A stretch of DNA of 56,766 nt, filler included, from Dugesia japonica (GCA_001938525.1; 5 parts of 5 records of this genome joined end to end with filler, not necessarily neighbours in it), one strand, 5' to 3'; counted from the whole stretch's first letter, positions 38,340 to 52,330 are shown. A program made the numbers and translations. Notes: generated by a model not told the origin, from the letters alone.

Positions 38340-38636
38340 TGCGGCCGATATAGGGATAAATGCAGGCCCGTCACACCACACTCTCGTAACCTGCCCGGTT
38401 TCCGGATCGGTGACGGTGACGCGATGCAAAACCTCGCGGGTCCGGTTGGGATCTCTCCATTCGTAAAAGGCCTGGCGTTCGGACGCAGCTTATTCTCTTT
38501 CATTTTCCGCATCGATGGAAGGCATGTTGGAGTAATCCGTAAGGACCCCCGCATTACAATCATGAGGATTCCAATACCGTATAAAAATTACCCTATTGGT
38601 CCGACGATTGAATAGCGTTTCCCAAGGAAATTCCAT
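38340..38636 (-). pseudogene. Cassette B homolog (one internal TAA, truncated by piece end)
   Basis: tttgtag|aATG. Reads MEFPWETLFNRRTNRVIFIRYWNPHDCNAGVLTDYSNMPSIDAENERE*AASERQAFYEWRDPNRTREVLHRVTVTDPETGQVTRVWCDGP. Confidence 0.85.
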
Positions 38637-38795
38637 TCTACAAATAATAAACATAATTTTTTGGTTTAATTTACGGTATTAATAAAGATATTTATAGATT
38701 AAATAGGGATGGGAGTAAAAAATAATTACAACTAGTTATCTATCTAGATTTATATTCTCATACAAATAAAACAAAATGCGTTGATAAAACGATTA

Positions 38796-38964
38796 TCATT
38801 CCTCATCGATGTCCACCTTTTAAGGTAGCGGGAACATCTCGGCAAAACTCCTGAGATATGTTTCGTCCGGATGTTCAATTATGCCATTAGAGAGGATATG
38901 TGCTAAAAGCTGCTTCCTCCGAATTTTGAATCAATCTTAACATTTTTAATAATCGATGGGGCAT
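38796..38964 (-). pseudogene. Cassette A homolog (frameshift and TAA)
   Basis: KIRRKQLLAHILSNGIIEHPDETYLRSFAEMFPLP*KVDIDEE aligns with 5433-5621. Confidence 0.8.
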
Positions 38965-41594
38965 CCTACTNGGCTTCCTAATAAATATAGCAATCAAAAT
39001 ACATTTTCCTCCATTTAAAACAAAAGTAATTATCTCTTCAGTTTACCCCTTTCTGATTTTAAGTTCAGCTAACAAAAAAAACATCAGTGACTGGGGTTAT
39101 TATTTCGTCAATAACATTGTAGTCAGCGTATAGTAGTAGAGTTATTTTATCGATCGAATTAGTTGAAAATTAAATCACTTGCCAGAAATCAATTCATTGA
39201 ACAAAAGTTATCTGATAGAAAAACATAATTTCTTTTGGGTTCAAATGATGATAAACATTACTGATGATAGTATTACTATTAATAAATGTTAATAAAAGGA
39301 ATAATAAGTGCTTATGATTAGGCAAGGAAAGTTTCATTTGTGGCAATAGTAATATTTATCATGATAACACTGCTACCGGTACTAATAAATACCCGATTGT
39401 TGTCGCCTTTAAGATTGATAAAGAAAAATCCACTTTTATGAACAACGAAGTTGGAATAATCTAGCGATAATTGTTATAGAAGGGTGAACTGGATTGTTAA
39501 TTTGTTCGAAATTAATTACGATTATATCTAGTTCCTTTTTTAATTTACCGCTATTGAGAGTTGCTTAGTTACCTAACACAACTTCTATCACGTAACAACC
39601 TCCTGCAGACCTATCGACAATAATGATGTGATATTGCAAGTAGGCAAGAGAAGTAGCCATGTGTGTATCGGCGACAGCATTTTGATACACGTCTTATTAG
39701 TGCATGATAGTCTGAGTAACGCCGATTTTGTTTTATACTGATGCATACATTCATTTCAACGTTTAATGCGACATGACATTCGCGAAACAGACAGTCAAAC
39801 ATACCTAAAAAATTTATTTCGAAGATTGTGTTATCAAATTTACGACTGGTTTCTGTATTCAATTATTCACGGATGTAAAGGCATGTATGGCACGATGTCC
39901 TCATTTTTCTGTCGCAATAAAGCAGAAAATTGGGGATGCGTTGATCAGAACCAGCATGTTCATTTATGAGGCTGCAATTTTTAGGCTATTGAATAATAGG
40001 GTGGTAACAAAGATTTTAGCACGTAATATTTATGAAATTAATAATGACACATTCACTTTGAATATTTATTAATTAACATTTAATAAATTATTTCGAAACA
40101 AGCAATTTTCTTATTAGAAAAAATTATAAACTCATTACTTACTTATAGATTGGGTTTTTATTCTGGCAACGGGTTGAACACTGACAAATTGGCAATTTCG
40201 ATTTGAGAATAATGGATTGATTTTAATTTGGTTCTCCTTTAAAATATAGTAATTAATCGCAAATAATTTTCTTTTCAAGTTTACTTTGGTCTCGTGCTCG
40301 GTTTCCAATAACGATAGTTTACTTCTTTTATTTCTTTTTTTAAACTGATTATATAGCGTGATATGTCTTTCACACTCGTAATTAAATCGAAGAAAAAAAT
40401 GGTTGTTTTTTAGACTTATTTTCCATGGGTTTATATAGCTTCCCAAATGCAACTCGTTATCGTTGCTATTGGTTGTCTAATTTTAATTCAAATTTCTTCG
40501 ATTCTATTGGAGTAGCCTTGGATTTTTTACACATTTTTGACTATTTTCTGTTACGTCATTGGCATCTACTTTAGGAGTGACATGTGATTGTCATTTCTTT
40601 GTTTTATTTTTATTTTCAGATCTCTTATTGGTCCAATCTTCTAATCCCTGTGGAAACCTTCTGGATAGTGGTAAGAGCTGGAGATCTTGGAAATAATTTT
40701 TTCGTGGTTTTTAAGATTTATTTGTGGTGGGACAAAAATTTGGTTTATACATTGTCTAAAGGACTTATTATGCGGATGGATGGTTTGTCCTAGAACTGTG
40801 GTAGCGCAAGGGCACATTCGTATGACTTATCGTGCGGGTTTTTGGGAGGGTGTATGTTTGTATGGGGTTATTGGAATTTGTTGGTTGATAAATTGTTGAA
40901 AAGGTAATGTGATGGGGAATATTTGGAATGTCAATTGTGCTTTAATTTCTGATTGGTTGTGGTCGAATTTGATTGATTAATATTTGTGTGTAGTATAAGT
41001 GTGTTAAAAAACTTTTCAAAAGGGGGGAAAAGGTATAGGTGGAAAGAGAATTAATTATCAGATTTTATAAGATTTATTTGAAAATTTTCTGTCGGAAGTG
41101 TATGACGTAATAATGTTTAGAAATGTTTATTTTAGTTAAAATGCTGTATTTTGCTTAAAATGATGAATTTGTTGAAAGTAATAGTATTTTTGTAAAAATG
41201 ATGTATTTTTGAGTATTTTTGAGTGGGCTGGGTTGTTTTTAATATTTTTTGATGGGGGAAGAGTAGAGTCTAGAGTCTCCTCTCTCTAGAGGGGAGGAGA
41301 GGAAAAATTTTTTGGCGGGATATTTAAAAATATATATATATATATTGGTGGGAAATTTTAAAAAAATACTTTTGGTGGAAATTTAAAATTTTACTTTTAA
41401 ATACCGGGAAATTTTTTTTAATTTAATTAAATTTAATTAAATATTTTTTAGAAGACATTTATATTTATGTATGAGATGGGGCAGTCTTAATATTTTGCAT
41501 GGTATTGTGGAGTTTCTATATTTAGCATGTGATGGGGCGGACTTGATATTTTGCAAGGGATGGGGCATTCTAAAATTCAGTTATCTGATTTTCA

Positions 41595-41860
41595 TTGTAT
41601 GTATGTTGCATCTGAGTATCATCTCAGTTGATACCTATTGCATTTTCTTAAAAAAATTCAAAATGGAGGCTATGTTGAGTTTTACAAATTTCTTTTTGGT
41701 GGGAAAAATTTTAAAAAATTCCTAGACACATGATTTACAGTGTATGTGTGTTGCATCTGAGTTGCATACCTATTGCACTTATTAAAAAATCGATAAAAAT
41801 CAATAAAAATTCTCGGCATGTGATTTTTAGTGTATGTGTGTTGCATCTGACTTGCAACCA
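41595..41860 (+). repeat. Three copies of gtatgt(g/a)tgttgcatctga
   Basis: Near 41597, 41742 and 41832. Confidence 0.75.
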
Positions 41861-42051
41861 TATTACAAACATACATCATTCATTAATAAAAAAACTGTTT
41901 ACAACAAAAAACATTTATTACAACAACAACTATTTTTCTTTTCTTCTACTTTAACTTTTTCTACCCTTTAGATGGATTTCTATTGGTTCCTCAATTTCCA
42001 TTGGTCTTTGGTTTGTTTCAGTCCCTTCTACAAACAATAAATTATACATAC

Positions 42052-42150
42052 TGTTGGGGTTTTACCTAGGTGGGTTAATCTTTTGGAAAATTTAGTCTAG
42101 TACTTAGTAAAACCCCGCGAAGAATTTAATCTGGCGTCCCAAAAATCCAG
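42052..42150 (-). mobile_element. 3'-end fragment of a giant LTR-like unit
   Basis: TGTTGGGGTTTTACCTAGGTGGG...AAAACCCCGC..GAATTT.ATCTGG; reverse-complement match to 46806-46930, and resembles the end at 7526. Confidence 0.7.
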
Positions 42151-42364
42151 ATCTTTAAAGAATTTAAATGTAAAATTAATATTGTAGCCGGCGATACAGA
42201 TAGCTTTTCCTAGAAATAGAAAATACTAAATTAGAAAAATTAACTGCAAGTATGGTGAAAGATCGGCTACTTGATACTTAGAATTATGATAAAGATCATA
42301 CCATTTATAGAAACNNNNNNNNNNNNNNNNNNNNNNNNNNNNNNNNNNNNNNNNNNNNNNNNNN

Positions 42365-43061
42365 GCGCTTATGTAATTCAGCAAAGAAGCTGATTACATA
42401 TACATCAAAAGCCGGATTTAAGAAAACAACAAAAATTGTTGATGATTTAATTACTGTTCTTCTCAATAATGACATCGTTTGTTTAGATCTTCCAAGCTAC
42501 ATAGGACAATATGTACTTGACCTCTCGAAATTGAGAATGTATAAACTTCAGTACATTGAGTTGGACAAGTATAAGAAGGAATTTAAATGTAAAATTAATA
42601 TTGTAGCCGGCGATACAGATAGCTTTTCCTAGAAATAGAAAATACTAAATTAGAAAAATTAACTGCAAGTATGGTGAAAGATCGGCTACTTGATACTTAG
42701 AATTATGATAAAGATCATACCATTTATAGAAACAGCATGAACTCATTTATAGGGGAATTCAAAGATAAGAATAAAGGGANNNNNNNNNNNNNNNNNNNNN
42801 NNNNNNNNNNNNNNNNNNNNNNNNNNNNNNNNNNNNNNNNCAGCATGAGAGCCAAAGGCATATCATTAAAGAATACAGAAATATCTCATCAGTCTTACCT
42901 TGACTGTTATAATGAGAAATAATCGGTCTTGGTAGAACAATTTCGAAAAACCACCAAAAATTACCAATTATATAGCATTAAGTCAAATAAAATAGCATTA
43001 ACGAACACGGAGGATAAGTGGGTATGAATTAATAAAAATTAGTAGTGTCCCATATGGACAC
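42365..43061 (+). pseudogene. Polinton protein-primed DNA polymerase B, C-terminal half, decayed
   Basis: PSYIGQYVLDLSKLRMY, AGDTDSF, IGEFKD, RAKGI, KIAL...DK, PYGH. Confidence 0.93.
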
Positions 43062-44470
43062 NNNNNNNNNNNNNNNNNTTTTCCATAAAACCAGTCATTC
43101 AATCAAGTATATTAAACAAACGGTATTTATCTGTTTTTAAATGTTATTTTTATTGTTTTTATTTAGATTATGACTAAAAAAGAAACCATCCTCAAAAGAA
43201 CATTTGTGAACGTATAACTGGTCCTCTTTAGGACCAAAATTCTACATTATTGTATTTATTTAAATAAAAGTTGTTATTATCATTTGTTTTTTTATTATTT
43301 ATTTGAATTCGTTTATCGCAAACACGCATTGTACATAACGAGAGCATATTAAATATAAACAAAAATAATTTAAATATACATTAATAATGAATTTGGACCT
43401 TATTAAAGAATAAATGCTGGAAAATATTGAAAGAAATTATTTCGTAACTGAATTAAAAATATTACCAACTATTCAAGAAGGTAATTAAAAAAATTTTTTT
43501 TGTTTAATTATAAGATTATAAACATAGCTTTATGTTGAAAATAAAAAACACATTGATTAAATAAGGTTTATTATGTAACATGGAAAAAAACAACAAATAA
43601 AAGTGCACAAAATATTTACAACACTTAACAAATTAAGTCTTTTACAACCAAGAAACAAGATGTTGGTGTCATTGTTTTACATTGTACACTAACTCTTAAC
43701 TAATAATTAATAAGTTTACATAAATAAAAAATATATTACAGCTATTTTTCTTCCTATTCACACGACATTGTCTTTGCTTACCAAATGCAATGGATATAGC
43801 GTGCATTTTAACATTTGTTCGGTTTATACTGATTATTTCTGGACTCTGATATTAAATGTTCATGATTAATTTTTTTAGTAATGTTTACTTTTTTTTCCTT
43901 ATAAATCTCGATAGCTGATGTTGGTGGATCAAGTTCAAAAATTCTTCCCAAGTTTTTCATAAAAAATTTCATGTTTTCAAGTAATTTTGGATCAAATTGA
44001 AGTTTTTAAATTCTTTCTTATTGTCTTAATACCTAATTAAATAATAATTATTGTATTAACATTATTAATAATATTATCACCAAACTATCAAGAAATTGAA
44101 TTTCTATCACACCATGAAGACCCATTTGTAGTTTCTTCTCCTACTTATATCGATACGATATGTTGAATATTTATGTCATTGGATTCATAAACGGTTCCAG
44201 ATTGTATTCACACTTTATTTTTCTGCTTTATTAACTATACACCTATTCAAATTGTCCATATAGTTCAGTNNNNNNNNNNNNNNNNCGATTGACAACACTT
44301 TGTATCCTTCATTGGGTAGAGAATTTACATTATCTTCATTATTTTTGTTGCATATATCTATCTGCTTAAGCATTTCATATTGCTTGTGTGATGAATTGCG
44401 AATATCTAACATTTTGAAAATAAGGAAATCTCTAAAAGAATCTCTATTTATATACTTGCTGTGTATGTAT

Positions 44471-45845
44471 TGTTGGAGTGAAACCCCTGGTACGGAGAAT
44501 AAGAATGGCGGTAGGTAAAGCCGAAAGTGAAAAGATAGTCACCAAATGAGGAAACAAAGAATCCAGACAAAGGAAAGTCATAGTTTGGGGAAAGAAAGAA
44601 ATAATTAAAGGAGAAACCAAGACTGGCAGTTAAAACCAACGTAAGGACCAGCAAAATCTAAAATTACAGCGAGAAATAACTCAGAAACAAGAAAGCCAAA
44701 AAAGAAGAAAAGAAGTAATAGAAGATATCAGCCGGAATAAAGAAANNNNNNNNNNNNNNNNNNNNCATTAGACAAAACTAAGAAAATCATAATAAACTAA
44801 TAATTGGTGAAAGAGAAAATAAATTAAAGCAATTAATTAAATTAATTAATGAAAGAAAAACGACGAAATTAAATTAAATTTAGATCAGAAAAACAAAGAA
44901 ATGAACATATAATTAATATTTAAGAAGAAAATAAAATAAATAATTTATTTATTTAAATAAAATAAATCATACGAATTAAAATCATTTATTTTTAAAAGAA
45001 AATTAAATATTTCGCGAAATATGGCAAAAACGACGACTTCCCAGAGTGAAAAAATTAGAAAATAAGATAATTATGGTCAAGAAAACATCGGAGATTTCGA
45101 AAATCTAAGTTAAAAAATCATAGCAAGACCTGGAAAGAAAAATACAATGGTTTCAAGAGTGACCAATGGTTTTTTAATCCAAAAATATCAACCTATAAGA
45201 AGGAATCATGTGACGATCAAACCAATAGAAGCATTAGAAAAATCGTATGACGTCAAATAGCCATTGAAAGGAACAAGGGTGTAAAAAGAAACTGGTATAA
45301 ATACCGATGTAATTTTCATCAAAAGGCAGCTAAAAAACAATCAAAACTTATACTCAAGCAAACTTTGGATCGGAATTTATCTCAAGAGGTATTACTCGTT
45401 TTAAAATTGGTGATTTATAGTGGTTTCCGACTTGATGGATTACAGAAATTATAGGACCCAACATGATGGTTAAGTGGAAAACAATTGGAAGTCATAATAA
45501 GCCAAATAATTCCTGTGTGCTTGCTCCAGATTGAGAGTCAGTCTATGTTAGTTTTTAGTTTTATTGATGTAATTTTAATTTAATGTGCAATGGATGGAAT
45601 TAGCAATAATATAACTTTCCATAACCGGATTTCTTTTATTTAATGTGATTTTATTTTATTTAAATTCTTCTGTTAAACTAACACCAGTAATTAGAGCTAA
45701 AATTAACTCACCTTTTTAGGAACTAAGTAATAAGTAAAATGATAAATTAAAAATGTTTATACTAGGAACAACTACCTAACATATTATGGTTCTCCGCTTA
45801 TGATAAATTTAAACGGATTCTTCAAGTAGATTATTTTGTCTTTCT
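44471..45845 (+). mobile_element. 5' part of another giant LTR-like unit
   Basis: Starts TGTTGGAGTGAAAC (cf. TGTTGGGGTGAAAC at 2894), same A-rich layout, CCATT at 45261 and TATAAATACC at 45296 (35-nt spacing). Confidence 0.7.
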
Positions 45846-46705
45846 AGTAAGTATATAGATAGTGGCAGTCCGCACCACGCACACATTCAGTAGTCCCCCC
45901 CCNNNNNNNNNNNNNNNNNNNNNNNNNNNNNNNNNNNNNNNNNNNNNNNNNNNNNNNNNNNNNNNNNNNNNNNNNNNNNAATAGTACTTAATTTGGGGTT
46001 ACTTTTTTCCTATGTATTTAGTTGAGAAAATTATTCTGCACACAAATTATGTCATGAGATTAATTTCATCGATGAAATTTTACGTAATAGGATTAACTGG
46101 TGTTACTTTTTTCCTGTGTATTTAGTTGGGAAAATTTTTTTATGGGAATTTTTTAAAGAATCCGTGCAAACTGTTCATTTTATATAAATAAAATGAAAAT
46201 TTAAAAGTTTTTTAAATCAAATTTTTATGAGAATCCGGGAAAAACTCCGAAACTTCGAAAATTTTTGAAAAAATTTTTTATCGAGATTTTTACATGAATC
46301 GATGGAGATTATTTTTCACAAATAAAAATTTTTCGAAAAAATTATTTATCATCTTTACATAAAATAGCTATGTCTATTAGATAGAAAATTCTTTGTTGAT
46401 TCTAAATATATAAACCTAAAATCGCCAAAGTTTATCCGGAATGAAATAAATGAAGTTTTGTGTTGAAAAAATGTCAAAACTCAGAATTTAGATCTCAGAC
46501 TTCTGTGCACAGAGAATTGCTATCGACTCAAATTTAATATTATTTTATTCAGGAGGAAAAGGTGACTATGCAAAGTTAAAATATCGTCTCGGCAAAAATG
46601 CTCCCTAACGAAGATATTCAGATGTCTTTTTGGATTTGGTAACTTTTTTAGAAAATTAAAAATGTATCTCAAAATTGGTCACAGAGGTATCTATTTGATA
46701 GAGAA

Positions 46706-46805
46706 NNNNNNNNNNNNNNNNNNNNNNNNNNNNNNNNNNNNNNNNNNNNTTAATTAATTAANNNNNNNNNNNNNNNNNNNNNNNNNNNNNNNNNNNNNNN
46801 NNNNN
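46706..46805. other. Artificial spacer N44-TTAATTAATTAA-N44
   Basis: Linker at 46750-46761. Confidence 0.97.
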
Positions 46806-46930
46806 ACCAGATTCAAATTCATTGCGGGGTTTTACTAGGTCAATTACCCTAGACTTAATTTTATATAAAGTTCGACCCCACTAAATTTAGTCGTATAAAA
46901 AATCAACCCACCTAGGGTAAAACCCTAACA
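46806..46930 (+). mobile_element. 3' end of an LTR-like unit abutting Gypsy pol
   Basis: Ends GGGTAAAACCCTAACA, then pol sequence EVKFGR begins; homologous to 42052-42150. Confidence 0.7.
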
Positions 46931-49430
46931 GAAGTAAAATTTGGAAGAGTCATATTGGACGAAGAACGAGAGCAGCAGACTATAAAGATAATTCAACCAA
47001 ACAATGAAGCACAAAAGATAATAGTAGTTAATAGACGAGCCTTTATGGATGAAGGTTGGGATATAGGATGCACCATGCTCGTGAAGCATTAAATAATCAC
47101 GATAGGAGAGCCAATCAATATAAGGCCATGGCGTCAACCGGTGAACTTAGAATACGAAATTGAAAAAACACTACAGAACTTAGAAGAAAACGACATCATT
47201 AGGAAATGTAATTCAAGATGAAATATGCCACTAGTTTGCATATGTAATAAAGAAAAGAAAAGGCTAAAATTATGTTTAGACTTTCGCCAGCTAAACCAAA
47301 TACCGAAGAAACAAGCATATTCAATGCCAAACACAGAGGAACTGCTAGATAGATTAATTGGAGCCCGTTTTTTCAGCATAATCGACCTAGTCAATACGTA
47401 TTATCAGGTTAAATTGGAGGAATCATCACAGGAGAAAACAGCGTTCTCAACAAAAAAATGTCAATACTGTTTCACGAGGATGCCATTCGGAATTGCAGCA
47501 GCGCCAGTTATATTCCAGAAATTGATGACAAACGTATTGGAAAGCACACCTGGAGCAATGGTATATATGGATGATATTTTCATTTATTCTGATAATGCAA
47601 CGGACCATTTCAAGATGCTTGAAACTGTGCTGAAAAAAGTAGCAAAAGCTTGATTACGTATCAACCCCAAGAAATGCAGTCTCTTGCGGAAAGGGGTAAA
47701 GATTCTAGGACACATCTTTAACGAAAATGTCATTCGAACAAATCCTGCAAAAATAGAAAGTATACAGAACTTTGAGAGACCAGAATGTACAAAACAAGTC
47801 AGAAGCTTTCTGGGTATGTGTAACTACTTCAGGAAATTCATCAAGTGATATTCTGCAAAATTCAAAGCATTAGAAGAATTATGTGGCAGAAGTAAAGACA
47901 AGCTAATATAGACACCGATATGCAACGAGGCATTTCAAGAATTGAAACTAGCTTTAATAAAAACACTAGTGCTAGGTTTTCCAGAAAGAAATAAAAGTTG
48001 CATTTTAGACACTTATGCAAGTTTTAATATTATTGGGGCTGCGGCATCACAGCTGAATGAAAACGGTCGAGAATGAGTGATTGCTTACGGGTCTCGTGTA
48101 ATGAACGCGCACGAAAAAGGATATTGCATAACCAGGAAAAAATTGTTGACAATATACACTTTTGTAATAGTTTCCAACATTATCTATACGGTAGACAATT
48201 CATCCTACGAACTGATCATAAGGCAATAAGTAGATTGGATATGGATATTCAGTTCAAAAAAGAAGAAGCACATTCCAATGCTGGCATGTTATCCAGAATG
48301 GAGTGTGAAACTTGTGTACAATGTGAAATGCAACATAATGAGGCAATAAAAGGTAAGATTAAAACACGAAGACTGTATACCATAACAACGGATATGGAGT
48401 TCAGATGGCAGAAGAATAATGCTGAAATAAAGGATATAATAAAGAACATCAACGAAGACAGAAGTTCAGAATATATAATAAAAAGGGATTGTCAGAACAA
48501 AAAGCGACAAAATATGGATTCTAAAAGAGAAACGATCAGAAGGAATGAAAGAAATTTACACCCTACTAATGCACGCGGGTCAAGAAAAGATATTATATTA
48601 TATTACAAGCGGATATGATATGCTGAATATGCTCGAAATAGTAACAGAAACCACACGAAGATGCGGAGATTGTCAAAAGAATAAAGTGCACACATCAATA
48701 ACGAAAGAAGAGAAAATCACACTGCAAGCTAACCATGTATTTGAAAAGATCTATATCGACGTATGTGGAACGTTCAAAGAGACACTAAGGAGAAAAAAAT
48801 ACATTCTAGCCATAGTAGATCACTATAGTAAATATATGTTATTGTCGGACATAGGAAGACCGGATGAGGAAACCATATGCAAGATAATCATGGATAAATG
48901 GATCCTACGGTTTGGAGCACCAAAATAGATACATATGGATTGCGGGAAGACTTTGGAATCAAAGGTGTTTAAGGATATGACATGCAAAATGTACATAGAA
49001 CTATGTTACTCGAGCCCATACCACCACGGGACAAATGGCTTGGTTGAGAGACAATTCAGAACTATCAGGGACTGCATAAATGCATCTGAAAAAGCATATT
49101 GGGACGAAAATAATTTTGAATTAGAGTTCATAATGAACGCCACATATTGAAAGACGATTAGAACTAGCCTAGCAGCCATGGTGTACGGAAGAGAGATTCG
49201 AAGAGAACGATGGATTGATCATAAAAACGTAGAATAGAAATCGATCTTTGGAGAATTGTACCCAACCCACAGAGCGTTCAAAATTGGTCAGAAAGCATTG
49301 GTGAAAAACGAAGTAAGATCAAAGGACAAGGAAAGATATTATGGTCGATACGAGAAAAATGAAAAGATCCATGAAAGAAGATACAAGGTAGAAGACAAGC
49401 AAGGAAGAGTAATATACAGAAATGTGGAAA
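46931..49430 (+). mobile_element. Decayed Ty3/Gypsy pol (RT, RNase H, integrase)
   Basis: LCLDFRQLN, RMPFG, YMDD, FLGMCNYF, LRTDHKA, HHCC, DVCG, VDHYSK, SPYHHGTNGLVER; several stops and frameshifts. Confidence 0.97.
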
Positions 49431-49969
49431 NNNNNNNNNNNNNNNNNNNNNNNNNNNNNNNNNNNNNNNNNNNNNNNNNNTCCAACATAAAAAATTTTAT
49501 GAAAAGTTTCATAAAAATTTTATTTAATAATAATTGAAGAAATTTCAAATAAAATAAAGAAAATAATTAAAACAATTAATTGTTTTAATATTGCTATTTT
49601 GATAAAATAAATTTTTCACTAGAATTACCCGACTTATTAATAGATATTTATGGATGGAAACTGCAGAAAGTTTAGCAGCGGCTAACAGTTATAATTGCAT
49701 ACAAAACAATTTTCATAAATTAAAAAGAAAATATTATTAATTTTTTTTATATGAAACATATTTTTGGGTAAATACTCAATTATATAAAACATTTTATATT
49801 TTTTGAGTAATTGCTCAGTTATTTAAAACATTATATTTTTGGGTTTATATAAAAAAATTAAGTAACTTACCCAATATTATATAAAGGTTTATATTACCCA
49901 GTATTATATAATATTGAGTATTTACTTAAAAATATAAAATGTTTTATTTCTGTCAATTCTCTAAATTCG

Positions 49970-50157
49970 ATTCAAATGATCTTCCTCTATCATAAGTAAT
50001 AATTTTAGGAGCCCCAAATTTCAAAATAAACTGATTTTCTAATGTATTTGCTACAGTTTTTTTGGTTTGATCAAATACCTATATTAATGAAATATACTTG
50101 CTAAATTGATCTATCATAGCTAATATATATTTTTCACTATTTCTAGTGGTTTTAAAC
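49970..50157 (-). mobile_element. Gypsy integrase fragment
   Basis: Minus-strand translation YILAMIDQFSKYISL...ILKFGAPKIITYDRG. Confidence 0.75.
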
Positions 50158-51199
50158 NNNNNNNNNNNNNNNNNNNNNNNNNNNNNNNNNNNNNNNNNNN
50201 NNNNNNNTAATAATCAATAAACAATTTATGGAGACTTGTGAGACTTTAAATTTAACTAATACCTATAAAAATTAATTGATTTTTAATAATCAGATAAATA
50301 ACAATTGTATAATAATTTCTTTGTTCATTATTCATTTATTACTTTGTAACTTAAAATTTTAATAGTGGAATAGTAAAATATTATTTTATAAAACATTATT
50401 ATTATTTCACTAAAATTATTTTATATTTTGATTTATCTATATTATAAATAAATTCATTTTTAATATTAAAGAAAACTCATTTAAACTTTAACTAAAGAAA
50501 AAGTAAATACAACATTTCTAAAATAATGAAATCATAATAAAACAAAACTAAATTGATTAAGTAATTAATAATAATAATAACAACAATTCTAAATGTTTTT
50601 ATTTAGATAAATTTTAATTAAATCTTAAAGAATCTTTTTCTTTGTAATCAGAGAAAGATTTAAAATTTGAAACAATCATTTTACTTCTGGTTTTAAAAAG
50701 GATTTGAATACATTATCATAACTCATCAAACAACCGTTCCAATTAGATTCAATCACAATTTGTGGTCCTAAAGAGGACCATTATGCGTTCTCACTTTTAT
50801 ATTTGTTTAATTTAAAACCTATTTTGAGAATCGATTTATTGGAAAATTTCTAATTATTTCTAAAATTTCGACAAATTGGAAAATTTTAAATCTTCTTCTA
50901 ATCTCTAATTGTTGATATTGTTTACATTATTGTCCACACATTTTTCTGGTTTTATTGTACTTAAAATCGTTAAAATTTAAACATGTCGGTTGTTCATTTC
51001 CATTAATTTGCACTGTTTCATAGTTATTCCTAAATTATTATAAATAATATTATTTTATAAAAATAAAAAATCCTTACTTATTATTTTTCATTTTATTGTA
51101 AAGAGCGGCATACTGTAGAAATTTTAATTATAACAACTTAAATTACCTCAACGTAATATATAAAGTTTTATAAATTATTTTTTGCTAATTTTAAATTTT

Positions 51200-52330
51200 T
51201 ACAGTTTTTCTTTTTTGACATTTTCATAGCTTTGTACTGTCTCATATATTATATCAGTTTTATTTTCCATATCAAATTGTCTCGAAATATATTCGTGAAC
51301 TTTTTTCGATCCAGCATGACATAATAATTGATGAGTATATATTCAATGAATTTGATTTTCATTTCTTTTGGGATCCAAATTTCATTGTGAATTGTATAAA
51401 CAATATTTTCAATAAATTAAAATTTATAATTTCTTTCACAGTTTATGTTCTCTTTAATTACATCGATTTCTTTACACCCTTCTTGCCATTTATAACCATC
51501 ATTTTGTAACACTAAGGCCAATATTTTAGTTTTTAATTTTCCACATTTCGGTTCTTTATGTATAGTCTNNNNNNNNNNNNNNNNNNNNNNNNNNNNNNNN
51601 NNNNNNNNNNNNNNNNNNNNNNNNNNNNNNNNNNNNNNNNNNNNNNNNNNNNNNNNNNNNNNNNNNNNNNNNNNNNNNNNNNNNNNNNNNNNNNNNNNNN
51701 NNNNNNNNNNNNNNNNNNNNNNNNNNNNNNNNNNNNNNNNNNNAGTTCTTAATCGAAATCTCTGTCCATACAAATAATGTTTAAAATGTTCTGTAAAATA
51801 AACAATCGCCAAAAGTTCTTTTCTGGTAATGCAATACCCCAGCTCGTGTTAACTCATCGCTTTAGATTCGTCAGCAATTATTTTTTCTTCACCATCGTTA
51901 TTAATTTGACTTAAAACTGCATCTATTCTATCAAAGCTAGCATCAGTATCTAATATAAGTTCTTAAGAAAAATTCGGAAATGCTAAAACTGGAGCTTTTA
52001 TTAGTTTAGCTTTCAAATTTTTAAAGAAATTTCGCACTCATCTGCCCAGTATATGTTTTTCTGGTGACTACCACATTGATTTTCTAAACATTTTGAATAC
52101 TTTGTGTAATACTTTATAAATTTCCTATAACAATTTGCTAGGCCTAAAATATTTCTCAACTTTTTAACACATTTTGGGGTTTCAAAATTAAAATTTTCTT
52201 CAATCTTTTTATTATCAGTATGAGTTCCTTTTGAATTAATAATATGACCCAGAAATTTTATCTCGTTTTCATGAAATGACATTTAGATGGACTTATTTTT
52301 AAACCGGCTTCTTTTATACGTTTCAAAACA
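51200..52330 (-). mobile_element. Decayed Ty3/Gypsy RT-RNase H-integrase N-terminal fragment
   Basis: IKFLGHII, LGLANCYRKF, LDTDAS, KELLAIV, HYLYGQRFRLRT, LCHAG. Confidence 0.92.

Larger units (their letters stand above)
38340..40580 (-). mobile_element. Partial giant LTR-like unit homologous to 2894-7526
   Basis: Promoter (CCAAT 40472, TATATAAACCC 40437), donor at 40142, cassette A and B homologs in the same order. Cut by the piece end; upstream boundary approximate. Confidence 0.85.

Noticed and set aside
38288-38615. Called ORFs 38288-38563 (minus) and 38424-38615 (plus)
   Set aside because: Wrong frame or strand; the conserved frame starts at 38636 (minus).
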